A stretch of 29,270 nucleotides of DNA. It comes from a virus (taxonomy: Duplodnaviria; Caudoviricetes). Where the stretch lies: positions 1 to 29,270 of IMG/VR virus record IMGVR_UViG_3300025889_000674; one strand, 5' to 3'. The notes below the pieces were generated by a model. That model did not search any database. It saw only the letters and a program-made list of their open reading frames with translations, and had not been told where the DNA came from. Below, one piece after another: positions 1 through 10,418 of this stretch. A program made the translations under genes and the position numbers. Position 1 is the stretch's first letter. Each line of letters opens with the position of its first letter.

Positions 1-120
1 AAGTTTACGCACTTTGTCCCTAGACCAAAACCTAGAAAGCGTCCTGGGCGTCACAAGAAAACACTTAACAAAAACGAAAAAAGAGACTATAAAAAGTATA
101 ACAGACAAGGAAGACCATGA
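1..120 (+). CDS. 3' part of a small, very basic protein (KFTHFVPRPKPRKRPGRHKK...YNRQGRP*), truncated at the window edge
   Basis: Frame 1 translated by hand is open from 1 to TGA 118-120; the stop overlaps the next ATG (ATGA at 117-120). Confidence 0.7.
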   Translation, partial: KFTHFVPRPKPRKRPGRHKKTLNKNEKRDYKKYNRQGRP

Positions 121-335
121 GTAAAACAGTAATAATAGACGGTAAAGAAGTTCCAGTATTACCAGCTAAAGCAGAAGAAGAAATTCTTAACAAAAGAACG
201 GGTATAAAGTATGCTAGTAAAGAAGAATTTGATGCTGATGTTGCGGATTCTAATACTGATACTACTGCCGAAGATTTACAAATTAATCAAAAAATAACAG
301 TTGCATCATTAGATATATTTGGTAAAACCAAATAA
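117..335 (+). CDS. hypothetical acidic phage protein (72 aa)
   Basis: ORF with AAGGA SD, coupled to neighbours on both sides (ATGA, TAATG). Confidence 0.8.
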   Translation: MSKTVIIDGKEVPVLPAKAEEEILNKRTGIKYASKEEFDADVADSNTDTTAEDLQINQKITVASLDIFGKTK

Positions 336-1264
336 TGTTACCTCAAGGTGGAACTGAACTCCAGCATGGGTTTTTAGAAAACTATGCTGACAAAAAACTA
401 TTAGATCAAGTACAGATAACAACTTCTGTGCCTGAAAAAATTCCCTTACATCCAACTAAATTAAATATACTTTGGCAAAAGAATTCATACGATCAACCTA
501 ATATTGCACCGTGGTTCAAAGATCGAAACAACCACAATAAATATGACTGGTATGTATTTAATTCTAATTGGAATTATGAAAAATTTAGAATGGCATTTGA
601 TGTACCAACTGAACGATGTCATGTAATTAAAAATGCGTGCACATCTTTTCCCACAAGAAATCCTTATAAAAAAGGTGATCCTATTAGACTAATATATCAT
701 CCAACACCTTGGAGAGGTTTGTCTGTATTATTAGGTGCAATGCAACTTGTTAAAAATCCATTGATAAAGTTAGATGTGTATAGTTCAACACAAGTATACG
801 GAGATGAGTTTAGAAAAAGAAATGATGATAAATGGGTGCCTTTGTATAGACAAGCAGCTGAGTTACCTAATGTAAATTATATCGGGTATAAACCAAATAA
901 TTATATTTTAGAAAACTTAACTAAGTATCAAATATTTGCTTATCCTAATATGTGGGAAGAAACGTCTTGTATATCAGCAATTGAAGCAATGTCAGCTGGA
1001 TTGTATTGTATAACTACAAACTTTGGAGCTTTATTTGAAACTTGTTCTGAGTTTCCTATGTACGTAACATATGTAAAAGATCTAAAATTACTTGCTCAAA
1101 GTTTTGCTGCAGCTATTGATATGGCAGCTAGCACCTTACATGAACCAGTTATTCAAGAAAGTTTAGATATGCAACAAGCTTTTTATAAAAAATATTATAA
1201 TTGGAATAAGAGAGCTATGGAATGGAACAATTTTTTACAAGGCGTAATTAATGCTAAAAAGTAA
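335..1264 (+). CDS. glycosyltransferase, GT-B fold (GT4/Glycos_transf_1-like)
   Basis: N-terminal GGTE; C-terminal YPNMWEETSCISAIEAMSAG with the E-x7-E nucleotide-sugar motif; PWRGL. Confidence 0.85.
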   Translation: MLPQGGTELQHGFLENYADKKLLDQVQITTSVPEKIPLHPTKLNILWQKNSYDQPNIAPWFKDRNNHNKYDWYVFNSNWNYEKFRMAFDVPTERCHVIKNACTSFPTRNPYKKGDPIRLIYHPTPWRGLSVLLGAMQLVKNPLIKLDVYSSTQVYGDEFRKRNDDKWVPLYRQAAELPNVNYIGYKPNNYILENLTKYQIFAYPNMWEETSCISAIEAMSAGLYCITTNFGALFETCSEFPMYVTYVKDLKLLAQSFAAAIDMAASTLHEPVIQESLDMQQAFYKKYYNWNKRAMEWNNFLQGVINAKK

Positions 1265-2126
1265 AAATTGGTCTAATGACGATACCTATCAAACAATCAA
1301 AGAGGTAAATGTGAAACCACAAGATGCTTCAGAACCTATATGGTTTAATAAACCAGAACCTAAAAAAGATAATAAACAAATAAGACTTTGTGTAGGAACT
1401 CCTGTTCATTCGGAAGTATCTATTCACTACACACAGTGTTTATTAGAAATACAAAAAGAATTTATGAAGAAAGGTAACAATGTATCTTTTTTAATGCATA
1501 AATCATCTTTGATTACTCAAGGTAGAAATTTAACAGTAGCATCATTTTTAGAAACTAACGCTGATTATTTATTATTTTTAGATTCAGATATTGCAATTGG
1601 GACTCATGTAATAGAAAAAATGATTAATGCAGATAAAGATGTTATTTGTGTGCCGTACCCATTAAAAAGTATTCAATGGGGTAAATTAAAAGAAAAGTTT
1701 GAAAAAGGTATGATTAAAAATATGGAAGACATGGAGACTGGTGGATGCACTTATCCTGTTAGAATACCTGATGCATCTGATATAGATATGAAAAATGGTG
1801 TTATTGAAATAACTCATGCGCCTGCAGGATGTTTGTTAATTAAAAGATCTGTATTTGATGAATTAATTAAAACATATCCAGATAGAAAGATAAAACAAAA
1901 GTCAGTTATTAATGGTCAATATGAAGAAAAACAATTTTATTATAATTTTTTTGATACAATACATGATAAGAAAACACAAACTTATATGGGAGAAGATTTT
2001 GGTTTTTGTAAATTATGGACAGGTATTGGTGGTAAAATATTTGCAGTAGTAGATGAATATATTATGCATGTAGGTGAACATCAATATATTGGAAGATACA
2101 TGGATGAGTTTATAAAGCGTGACTAA
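1251..2126 (+). CDS. glycosyltransferase, GT-A fold (GT2-like)
   Basis: SLITQGRN, DxD motif (LFLDSD), APAGCLLIKR, GEDFGFC, terminal H-x-G; possible alternative GTG start at 1311. Confidence 0.8.
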   Translation: MLKSKNWSNDDTYQTIKEVNVKPQDASEPIWFNKPEPKKDNKQIRLCVGTPVHSEVSIHYTQCLLEIQKEFMKKGNNVSFLMHKSSLITQGRNLTVASFLETNADYLLFLDSDIAIGTHVIEKMINADKDVICVPYPLKSIQWGKLKEKFEKGMIKNMEDMETGGCTYPVRIPDASDIDMKNGVIEITHAPAGCLLIKRSVFDELIKTYPDRKIKQKSVINGQYEEKQFYYNFFDTIHDKKTQTYMGEDFGFCKLWTGIGGKIFAVVDEYIMHVGEHQYIGRYMDEFIKRD

Positions 2127-2856
2127 ATTATATTTAACATCACCAACTACAGGACAAGTAGATATACACTACATGAGATCTGTATTTTTATTACAAGCAG
2201 AATGTAATAAAAGAAGAATAGGAATTACTCTACACTTACATAAAAGTTCTATTGTAACTTTTGGTAGAAATGCGTGTACCGCAGCATTTTTAAACTCTGA
2301 TGCAACGCACATGTTGTTTGTAGATACAGATATTCAATTTGATGAAAAAGATATATTTAGAATGATGGAAGCTGATGAAGAAGTAACTTTAATACCTTAT
2401 CCAATGAAATGGTTGGATTGGAAGAAAGCAAGTGAAATGCATCAAAGACACGGTATACCAGTAAACAAAGGTGCTTTTCATTTTCCTATGAAAGTTATCA
2501 ATGAAGATGACTTTGAATTTGCAAACGGTTGGATGGAAATAGAAAGAGGCCCTGCAGGTTGTATGTTAATTAAACGTGAAGCAATTGAAAGAATGATTAA
2601 GTTCTATCCAGAGCTTAAAGTTAAACAAAATCATTTAGTTAATGAAACTGTTAAAGATTCTACCCATTCATATAACTTTTGGGACACTGAATTTAACAAA
2701 GAAACAGGTCAAATTATAGGTGAAGACTTTGCCTTTTGTGACCGGTACAGAAAGGCTGGTGGACGTATATTTGCACTTATAGACTCCGAAATAGCCCACC
2801 ACGGTAACTATCCTTTTAGAGCCAAGTTCATTGACGAATGCCGTAAAATTGAGTAA
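2119..2856 (+). CDS. glycosyltransferase, GT-A fold, paralog of the upstream gene
   Basis: SIVTFGRN, LFVDTD, GPAGCMLIKR, GEDFAFC; motifs are collinear with 1251..2126; GTG start overlaps the upstream stop region. Confidence 0.8.
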   Translation: MTKLYLTSPTTGQVDIHYMRSVFLLQAECNKRRIGITLHLHKSSIVTFGRNACTAAFLNSDATHMLFVDTDIQFDEKDIFRMMEADEEVTLIPYPMKWLDWKKASEMHQRHGIPVNKGAFHFPMKVINEDDFEFANGWMEIERGPAGCMLIKREAIERMIKFYPELKVKQNHLVNETVKDSTHSYNFWDTEFNKETGQIIGEDFAFCDRYRKAGGRIFALIDSEIAHHGNYPFRAKFIDECRKIE

Positions 2857-2859
2857 ATT
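2831..2859 (+). promoter_or_regulatory. sigma70-type promoter for the internal virion protein operon
   Basis: TTGACG-N17-TAAATT upstream of the CAGGAG SD of gene 2897. Confidence 0.55.
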
Positions 2860-2896
2860 CATCTATATACGTATTTAAAACAGGAGTTATAACAAT

Positions 2897-3955
2897 ATGG
2901 ATCCATTAACAGCCGCATTGATTGCAGGCGGTATTAACGCATTACAAGGCAAAAGAGGTTCTGATCTTTTAAAATCAACAGTTAGAGATGCTGCCATTAC
3001 TTATGGAATTGGTGCAATGACTGGTGGTGCATCTTCAGGTGGTGAAGAAGCTGGAAAATTTGCTACTCAACAAGCAGCTATAGAAGCAGGAAAACAAACA
3101 TTACCACAAGCAGCTTCTCAAACCGCTTTACAAAAAGGAATGTTACAACCTGAGTTGTATCAAACTGCTGGAAAAGAAATTGTTACAAAAGACCCAACCA
3201 TGTTAGGAAGAGTACAATCAGGATTAGAAACATTTACTGATGTATTCAGGTCTCCAACAGGACCAGAAGGCGTTAGAGAAGTTGATAAATTTAAAGTAGG
3301 TATTGGAGCAGGAACTTTAGGTGCTGGTTTGTATGCAGCAGGAGCATTCGATCCAAAAACACCAACTCCACCAAGTATACCTGGTGCGAATATGATTTAC
3401 TATTCACAACCAGAAGCATTTAGAACTTTTGGTACTGAAGAAATAGACCCTTCTAAATTTCCAGAAAAACCATATGCTAATATGCAAGCAGGTGGAATAG
3501 CGGGTCTAACAACTGCAAGAGAACAAATGCAAGAAATTGAAGAAATGAGAAGAAAACTAGAAGCACTTCAAGAAGCATATGACCAAGAAATAAGTCAACG
3601 ATCAACTAACGAACCAAGTGATGCAGTAGAACAAACAAGTAAATTTAACAAAGGTGATTTAGTAGATGCGTTACCAAGTAAAACAAATAAAGATGAAAAT
3701 AATGAAAAGAATTATAAAAGAACTTCTGGTAAAATGGTAGTTGATTCTGCAGGCAAAGGATCCGAAAATAAAGATACTATGCTTGCTCAACTAGCCGATG
3801 GTGAATTCGTAACTAAGTCAAGCGCTGTACGGGGTGCGGGAATCGCAATGGGAGCAGATCCTAAAAATAAACAACAACAAAGAGAAATGGGTGCAAAATA
3901 TTTTTACGACCAAATGGCAAAATTAGATCAAATAGCTAGTATGGGAAGAAGATAA
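2897..3955 (+). CDS. internal virion / DNA ejection protein
   Basis: Gly/Ala-rich N-terminus (MDPLTAALIAGG), hydrophobic segment, coiled coil, C-terminal DTMLAQLADGEFV motif; position in the operon. Confidence 0.65.
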   Translation: MDPLTAALIAGGINALQGKRGSDLLKSTVRDAAITYGIGAMTGGASSGGEEAGKFATQQAAIEAGKQTLPQAASQTALQKGMLQPELYQTAGKEIVTKDPTMLGRVQSGLETFTDVFRSPTGPEGVREVDKFKVGIGAGTLGAGLYAAGAFDPKTPTPPSIPGANMIYYSQPEAFRTFGTEEIDPSKFPEKPYANMQAGGIAGLTTAREQMQEIEEMRRKLEALQEAYDQEISQRSTNEPSDAVEQTSKFNKGDLVDALPSKTNKDENNEKNYKRTSGKMVVDSAGKGSENKDTMLAQLADGEFVTKSSAVRGAGIAMGADPKNKQQQREMGAKYFYDQMAKLDQIASMGRR

Positions 3956-4380
3956 TGTATTTAATACAATTTAAACCAGAAGAAATAGATAAAGTTTGGC
4001 CTTTGGTTAAAGATAAAATTCAAGCAGCTTTGGATCGAAATAGAAATTTCAGAGATCATACTCATGTAAAAGAAAATTGTAAAAAAGGAATCGAACAACT
4101 ATGGGTGATAACCGATAAAAAAGATGATATACATGGAGTATGTGTTTCGCAAATAATGGAACAAGCTAATTACAACATTGGTTTAGTTCGAATTGCAACA
4201 GGACACGATTTACCGTTATGGGTAGATAAGATAAAAGAATTTGAAGACTGGGCTTCGAAACACTTTGATTGTAAAAAGATTGAGGTTTACGGGAGACCAG
4301 GATGGAAAAAAATGTTAGCACCATTAGGATATGAATTTTCTCATGTTCAAATGGATAAATTTATAGGAGGACTGAACTAA
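3955..4380 (+). CDS. GNAT-like virion assembly protein (T7 gp13/P22 gp14-type position)
   Basis: 141 aa, GRPGWKKMLAPLGY motif, lies between ejection protein genes. Confidence 0.55.
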   Translation: MYLIQFKPEEIDKVWPLVKDKIQAALDRNRNFRDHTHVKENCKKGIEQLWVITDKKDDIHGVCVSQIMEQANYNIGLVRIATGHDLPLWVDKIKEFEDWASKHFDCKKIEVYGRPGWKKMLAPLGYEFSHVQMDKFIGGLN

Positions 4381-5198
4381 TGTCATCAGGCGGAGGTGGA
4401 GGTGGAGGCGGAACACCCGCAAACACTACAAACGTACAAACTATAAGAGAAGCACCAGAGATCGAAGCAAGAAGACTTGGTTTGATGGATGAAGCACAAA
4501 GAGTTGCAAGACAACCATTAAATTTACCAGGTTTTCAAACTGCAGGATTAACTCAAGAACAACAAGCAGCTGGAGCTCTTGCTGGTCAAACTGGAGTTGG
4601 AATATCATCAATTACAGGCGCACAAACTGCTGCCGCAATGACGCCATCTTCACAACAGTTTCAACAATATTTAAATCCTTATCAGCAATATGTGACTGAT
4701 GAAATAAGAAGACAAGCTCAAATGCAAGAACAAGACATTGCAAGTAAGGCTTATACCGCTGGAGCTTTTGGTGGTGGTAGAGAAGGTATTCAAAGAGCAG
4801 AATTACAAAGAGCGACTCAAGCAAACATTGGTCAAGAACAACAAAAAGCATTTTTAGGTGCATTAGGTGCGTTTCAACAAGGCCAAGCATTACAAGCTCA
4901 AACGGGTATTTCAGCCGCAGATGCATTAATGAGACAAAGACAATCTGATATTCAAAATTTAAGTACAACCGGTGCAACTGCACAAGCAACTGAACAAGCA
5001 AGATTGGATGCTTTAAGACAGACTCAAGAAAGAGATATTCAAGATCCATATACTAGATTATCTTTTGTTAGTGATATTCAAAGAGGGGTTCCTTCTTCAC
5101 AACAAGCAGTAACACAAACCGCAGCACCTAGTGCAAGTCCAGCCGCACAAGCGCTTGGAACTGGTCTTGGAGCTTATGCTGCATTTGCAGGTAAATAA
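4380..5198 (+). CDS. Gln/Ala-rich DNA ejection (injection) protein
   Basis: MSSGGGGGGGG N-terminus, YLNPYQQYV and AGAFGGGREG motifs, hydrophobic Gly-rich C-terminus; GGAGG SD. Confidence 0.65.
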   Translation: MSSGGGGGGGGTPANTTNVQTIREAPEIEARRLGLMDEAQRVARQPLNLPGFQTAGLTQEQQAAGALAGQTGVGISSITGAQTAAAMTPSSQQFQQYLNPYQQYVTDEIRRQAQMQEQDIASKAYTAGAFGGGREGIQRAELQRATQANIGQEQQKAFLGALGAFQQGQALQAQTGISAADALMRQRQSDIQNLSTTGATAQATEQARLDALRQTQERDIQDPYTRLSFVSDIQRGVPSSQQAVTQTAAPSASPAAQALGTGLGAYAAFAGK

Positions 5199-6607
5199 TG
5201 AGTAAAGTATTAGAAAGAAAATATTTTAAAAAAAAAGCTGTAAAACACTTTAGAGCTGGTGGTATTGTTACTTTAAAAGAAGGTGGTTTTTTTGAAGACG
5301 TTCCTTTAGGCCAAGCTTTAAAATCAGCAGGTGAAACAGTTGTTAAAGAAGGTAAAAAAGCAGGAGCAGCTTTATATGATTTAGGTGCCGTGCCTATTAA
5401 CTTAGGAGCTGAATTTTTAACAGGAACTAATCCAGGATACTCAGGGACAAAATTTTTTAATGTAGAAGGTTACGATCCTGATAAAGCTTATTTTATGGGT
5501 ATTGAAACAGATGCAGCCCCAAAAACATTAGACGAAAAAAGACAAACTCAAAAGATGGAACAAGATACAGAAGTATCTGGTTTAGAAAAAGAAGTTCAAA
5601 AAGATCCAACTTTAATTGCAAAATTAACACCAAAGAAAAAAACAACTGAAGACATTAAAATTTCAACTGGTAGTGAAGAAACAGATACTATTTTAAATAA
5701 TTATTTAGTAGCACAAAAACCAGGAGATGTAGTTGAAAAAAGTTTAATTGACGATACACCAAAAGACCCTGTTGAATTAGCTACCAAAAAACAACTTCGA
5801 ACAATAATGGATGAAGTTGCTGAAGAACGAAAACAAGGATCTCAAGTTAATTTACCATTAATGAGATTAGCGTTAGGTTTAATGAAAGGCACTTCATATC
5901 AAGAAGGTTTACCTGGTTTTGCTGAAATATTTGCGGGTGCAGGTGAAGGTGCATTAGAAACATTTATTGAACAAGAAAAACAAAGAAGCGATGCTGATTT
6001 AGAGTTAATGGAACTAGCTACAAAATTAAAAATATCACAAGATGAAGTTGAGTCTAGAAAATATGCAGTTGATAAACAAGCAGAACTTTATGGTCTAAAA
6101 AGTTATGACCCTAAAAAACATCAAGAGTCAATGTCTAAAATTCAAAATTTATCTAGAACTAAAAATAGTATTTTAGAAGCAATGTCAATTATTGGACAAG
6201 CAGGACCACAAAGCACGTTCGATAAAATTGGAGGAGATGTTGCATCTGTTCTTGAAGCAGTAACAGGAACAGACACTGGAAATCAACTTCCTGCTCAAAG
6301 ATTAAAATTAATTATTAATGATTTAAAAGTAGCGTTTGCTAAAGAACTAACAAGAGGACTAAGCCCAGTTAGTGACAGAGATATTAAAAGAATTGAAAAA
6401 ATTTTAGCGAGTTTTTCTTACACTGAGAGTCCAGCGCAGTTTAATACTAAATTACAAAAAATGTTAGGTATTATAAATGGTCAATTAGAATTAGAAGCAG
6501 GTCAGTATGGTTACACATATCAAAATCCAGAAAGTAGTTTTGGAGGATTTACAAACAATTCAGGTAAAACAATAGATGAAATCATTGCTGAAAAAAATAA
6601 AAAATAA
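5198..6607 (+). CDS. internal virion / ejection protein
   Basis: 469 aa, largely helical, amphipathic LMRLALGLM segment, translationally coupled (TAATG). Confidence 0.6.
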   Translation: MSKVLERKYFKKKAVKHFRAGGIVTLKEGGFFEDVPLGQALKSAGETVVKEGKKAGAALYDLGAVPINLGAEFLTGTNPGYSGTKFFNVEGYDPDKAYFMGIETDAAPKTLDEKRQTQKMEQDTEVSGLEKEVQKDPTLIAKLTPKKKTTEDIKISTGSEETDTILNNYLVAQKPGDVVEKSLIDDTPKDPVELATKKQLRTIMDEVAEERKQGSQVNLPLMRLALGLMKGTSYQEGLPGFAEIFAGAGEGALETFIEQEKQRSDADLELMELATKLKISQDEVESRKYAVDKQAELYGLKSYDPKKHQESMSKIQNLSRTKNSILEAMSIIGQAGPQSTFDKIGGDVASVLEAVTGTDTGNQLPAQRLKLIINDLKVAFAKELTRGLSPVSDRDIKRIEKILASFSYTESPAQFNTKLQKMLGIINGQLELEAGQYGYTYQNPESSFGGFTNNSGKTIDEIIAEKNKK

Positions 6608-6616
6608 AGGTTATGT

Positions 6617-9600
6617 ATGCTAGACTTACAAGATTTAAATGTAGAACAACTCCAAAAGTTAAAAGATGGAAAACAATTAGATCTTGAAGATTTAAACATT
6701 GATCAATTAAATATCTTAAAACAAAAAGGTTACGCTGACGATAAAAATATGTCTCAAGATGGAGATGTATTTAAATTTTCTCAAGGAAACATCACAAATC
6801 CATTTGGTGCTAATGATGATATCGATAACACTAAAGGTGTTAAGAATTTTGATTTTAGATCTAACTTTGCTGAACAAGATAATGAAGAAGAACGTGTAGC
6901 ATTTCTTCAAAACAAAGTAGGTAAAGAAGGTTTTGGAAAAGACAACAGAGGTAGATATTATTTAACCGATGTTGGATTAGCTAAAATCGGTGAAGACCCT
7001 TTATTAGAAGGAAAAAGAGGCAGATTAATTGATGCCGATTTAGGATTTTTTAAAAATTTAAATCCAACTAATCCAGATTTTATGTATGACCTTGCTGAGT
7101 TAAAATCTTCAATTGGTCTTCCGTTATTAGGAGCAATTGGAGCTTCTGTCTTTACTGGTGGTATGGGGGTTATACCTGCAATGGCGATTACTGGTTTAGG
7201 TGGTGGTGTAGGTAAGGCTTTAGATGAATTTGTCTTCAATGGTGAAGACATGGAACTAAGTAATACTACTAAAGACATTGCGTATGAAGCTTTACTTTCA
7301 GCTGGAGGCGAAGGTTTGGGTAGAGGATTACGGGGAATCTATAGATATTTATTTGCCCCAGGTCAACGAACAACTGCTACAAATTTATTTAGTACGTTTG
7401 ATGATGCAAACAGAGCGTTAGAACAAGAAGGTTTTGAAAAAAGTTTATTAAGTTACAGAAAGTTCGATCCTAAATTAAAAATTGCGCAAACTTTAGGACA
7501 AGAAACACAGAACTTAGGAGCCCTCCCTTCTTTACTACAAGCAACCGGTAGACCTATTCTTGGAAGATTTCAAGGGATGTTTGATACTATTTTTGGAAAC
7601 CCTAGAGATTATTTCAATCAACGATTTATGAATAATGAAATGACGAAGATGATTTTAAAATCTAAAGGCGTTGATGTGGCTGCGGATAGCGAGTACCAAG
7701 CTTTATTAAATAATTTAATTAAAAGTGGTCCTAGAACGTTTATGGGAAGACCTTCTAAACAATTAGAAGCATATTCTGCTAAACTACAACAGTTAGCTAG
7801 AACAAGTTTTAAAGATCAATACGATACCGTATTTAAAAACAACTTTGTTAACCCAGAATTTTTATTTAAAGTATATAGAGAAGGCGGAGAAAATGCGTTT
7901 CAAACGTTAAGAGATTCTATTAGTGGATCTCAAGCTGCATCTAAAGAAGCTGAAAGAAATATTAATAAATTATTATCTGGGTTATTTGAAGAACAAGTGC
8001 CAAAAACACAACAAAAAGTTTTATCAAATGAAGTAATTAAAAATGCTCAACAAGCATATGTTAACTTTCAAAGAGAATCATCTGTGCTTTATTCTAGAGT
8101 TGATCAGATGTTTGGTAACAGAGCGATCATTGATGCGTCACCAATTAAAAACATGTTTTTGCAACAAATTAAAGATGGAAATGTTTTAATGGATACACCA
8201 GCTGTTAAAAAAGTTATGAGTTACTTACAAGGAAACAAACCATTATTAACATACACACAAGCCAATACTTTAAAACAATTAATGGATGAATTAGGTTATG
8301 TGCCAAACCCTGTTGAAGCTGGTTTCGATCAATTTACATTACAACGAGGATCTCAATTCTTAAATGAAGCAATTGGAGCAGCTCCTGAAAGTGCGGCTAA
8401 AGTTACTTTAAACCAAGCAAAAAATAAAACCATTTCTGATTGGTTAGCTACAAGTCCAGAAGTTATGAATCCTAATGTACCGTTGAGAGTACAAAACAAA
8501 ATAAGAGAAATTATAACTAAAGGATCTGACGGAGTTCCGAAAACGTATAAAGATTTATCTACAAATCAAAAAAATGAATTGTTTGATATTGTTAAAGAAA
8601 ACATTGAATACTTTGACAATGCCTTTTTATCTGAAGGATTTAAAAAAGGTATGAAACAAGCTGTACAAGATAAAAAAACTATTCAAGAAGCATTAAGACT
8701 AAGACAAATTGCATTTGATTTTACTAAAAACAACGCATCAAAATTTCAAGCAGGAACTGCAAAAGCATTATTAAAACAAGTTAGAGCAACTGGGGCTATC
8801 GACCCATCTCAGTTAAGAAAAATTGTATTAAGAAATAATCCTGATGATTTAAATAGAATATTAAAAGAAGTTAAATTTGGTCAAGGTAAACCGTTTGCAA
8901 AAGCAATTCAAGAAATGGGTAAACCATTAAGTAAAGCTGAACAGAAAAAACTTGCAACGGCTAAAGAGTTACTACCAGCAGAAGCAGAAAGAGTTGGTTT
9001 AAGACCTGGAGAAAAAATCGCTAGAAAAGTTTTAAGTGATGACGAAGTTAGTAAAACAAAACTATTTATGACTAAGACATTAGTTCAAGATATTTTAAAT
9101 GGATCTAGAAACAGTATTACTAATAATATTGATGCATCTAAATTTGCAAGAACGATTAAAAAATATGGTGCGGCTACAGGATCTAGAACTCCTTCAACAT
9201 TAGAGCTTGTCGCTGGTAAACAAGAAGCAGCTAGATTAATGGGTTTAGCAGATGATTTATCTAACGCAACCGGTACCATTGATGATACTTTGTTAAATAA
9301 TTTAATGAATAGTAAGTATTTAAATAGAGAAATATCTAATGTGGATGACGTAGTTAATTCAATTAAAAATGAGTTGGATACAATTAAAGAGTATAATGAT
9401 TTAGGTGGTTTTATTGGTGACTTAACAAAACCAGGTATGGAAGGTATCAGAGCAATTGACACTATTTTTGCTCCAAACAATATTGGCCAGTTTAAAAAAG
9501 TTGCTAACGTATTAAACCAAACACCAAGAGGTAGAGAAAGTCTACAAACAATTAGAGTAGCAGGTATGAATAAACTATTACAAAAAATGGTTGATGACAC

Positions 9601-10237
9601 AAGTTCTATTGTAGACGGAGTTTTATTAAATGGTCAAAAACTTAAAAATGAAATGTCTAGATTAGGTGGTAAAGAATCCATGGAAATATTTTTTGGTAAA
9701 GATTTAGGTAAAGAAATTATGGAGTTTGCAGACCAAGCAACGTTCTTAACACAAAAGAAAACATTATCAGGTGGACTTGTAGCTGCATCAATTGCTCTTA
9801 ATCCATTAGCTAAAGCACCTATACTAATTCAAATGAACGTTTTATCTAGATTAATGGGTTCAAGATCATTCATGAATTTATTAAACAGAGGTGTTAGAAA
9901 TGGAAACGCTAGAGATATTGCAGAGATTGCAAGAATTGTAGGAATTCAAACTAGTATGTTGATGGATGATGTCGAGGATCCAGAATATTTTAATTATGAT
10001 TTACGATCCTCTATGGGGGATGTTGAACAAGCAATTCCACAAATGTCTCAAACACAACCAGCGCAAACACCAGCAGCTCCAGCTAGTGTACCAACAACTC
10101 CAGCGGAAGGCCCTCCACAAATTTCAATGATGGCAAATCAATCAATATCAGACAAAATAGAAGATTTATTTCCTGAAGATGATTTATCTAAAGCAATTGC
10201 ACGTAGACAACAAGCAACTGGTGGTCAAAATGCCTAG
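6617..10237 (+). CDS. large internal virion / ejection protein (1206 aa)
   Basis: Last and largest gene of the operon; Gly-rich hydrophobic segment (GLPLLGAIGASVFTGGMGVIPAMAITGLGGGVG); Pro/Ala/Thr-rich C-terminus. Confidence 0.65.
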   Translation: MLDLQDLNVEQLQKLKDGKQLDLEDLNIDQLNILKQKGYADDKNMSQDGDVFKFSQGNITNPFGANDDIDNTKGVKNFDFRSNFAEQDNEEERVAFLQNKVGKEGFGKDNRGRYYLTDVGLAKIGEDPLLEGKRGRLIDADLGFFKNLNPTNPDFMYDLAELKSSIGLPLLGAIGASVFTGGMGVIPAMAITGLGGGVGKALDEFVFNGEDMELSNTTKDIAYEALLSAGGEGLGRGLRGIYRYLFAPGQRTTATNLFSTFDDANRALEQEGFEKSLLSYRKFDPKLKIAQTLGQETQNLGALPSLLQATGRPILGRFQGMFDTIFGNPRDYFNQRFMNNEMTKMILKSKGVDVAADSEYQALLNNLIKSGPRTFMGRPSKQLEAYSAKLQQLARTSFKDQYDTVFKNNFVNPEFLFKVYREGGENAFQTLRDSISGSQAASKEAERNINKLLSGLFEEQVPKTQQKVLSNEVIKNAQQAYVNFQRESSVLYSRVDQMFGNRAIIDASPIKNMFLQQIKDGNVLMDTPAVKKVMSYLQGNKPLLTYTQANTLKQLMDELGYVPNPVEAGFDQFTLQRGSQFLNEAIGAAPESAAKVTLNQAKNKTISDWLATSPEVMNPNVPLRVQNKIREIITKGSDGVPKTYKDLSTNQKNELFDIVKENIEYFDNAFLSEGFKKGMKQAVQDKKTIQEALRLRQIAFDFTKNNASKFQAGTAKALLKQVRATGAIDPSQLRKIVLRNNPDDLNRILKEVKFGQGKPFAKAIQEMGKPLSKAEQKKLATAKELLPAEAERVGLRPGEKIARKVLSDDEVSKTKLFMTKTLVQDILNGSRNSITNNIDASKFARTIKKYGAATGSRTPSTLELVAGKQEAARLMGLADDLSNATGTIDDTLLNNLMNSKYLNREISNVDDVVNSIKNELDTIKEYNDLGGFIGDLTKPGMEGIRAIDTIFAPNNIGQFKKVANVLNQTPRGRESLQTIRVAGMNKLLQKMVDDTSSIVDGVLLNGQKLKNEMSRLGGKESMEIFFGKDLGKEIMEFADQATFLTQKKTLSGGLVAASIALNPLAKAPILIQMNVLSRLMGSRSFMNLLNRGVRNGNARDIAEIARIVGIQTSMLMDDVEDPEYFNYDLRSSMGDVEQAIPQMSQTQPAQTPAAPASVPTTPAEGPPQISMMANQSISDKIEDLFPEDDLSKAIARRQQATGGQNA

Positions 10238-10409
10238 AAAATCTGCACTTGAAAAAATAGAATATCATGAAAAAATTTGCAGAATCATGCAAAAACAAAC
10301 CTTCGATCGAATCGATAAGATGGAAACTCGAATCGCTAGAATAGAAAAATGGATCGTCGGTGGATTAATTGGAATACTTTTAGCTGTACTTTCTACTCAT
10401 TTAAGCTAA
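10230..10409 (+). CDS. small coiled-coil protein with a C-terminal transmembrane helix (XhlA/holin-like architecture)
   Basis: MPRKSALEK...RIDKMETRIARIEKWIVGGLIGILLAVL; ATG 10230 preceded by GGTGG is more plausible than 10179. Confidence 0.6.
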   Translation: MPRKSALEKIEYHEKICRIMQKQTFDRIDKMETRIARIEKWIVGGLIGILLAVLSTHLS

Positions 10410-10418
10410 TATGTTTTT

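Noticed and set aside
4612-9600. Minus-strand ORFs 4612..5049, 6716..6910, 6958..7278 and 9085..9600
   Set aside because: Antisense shadows of strong + strand genes with no motifs
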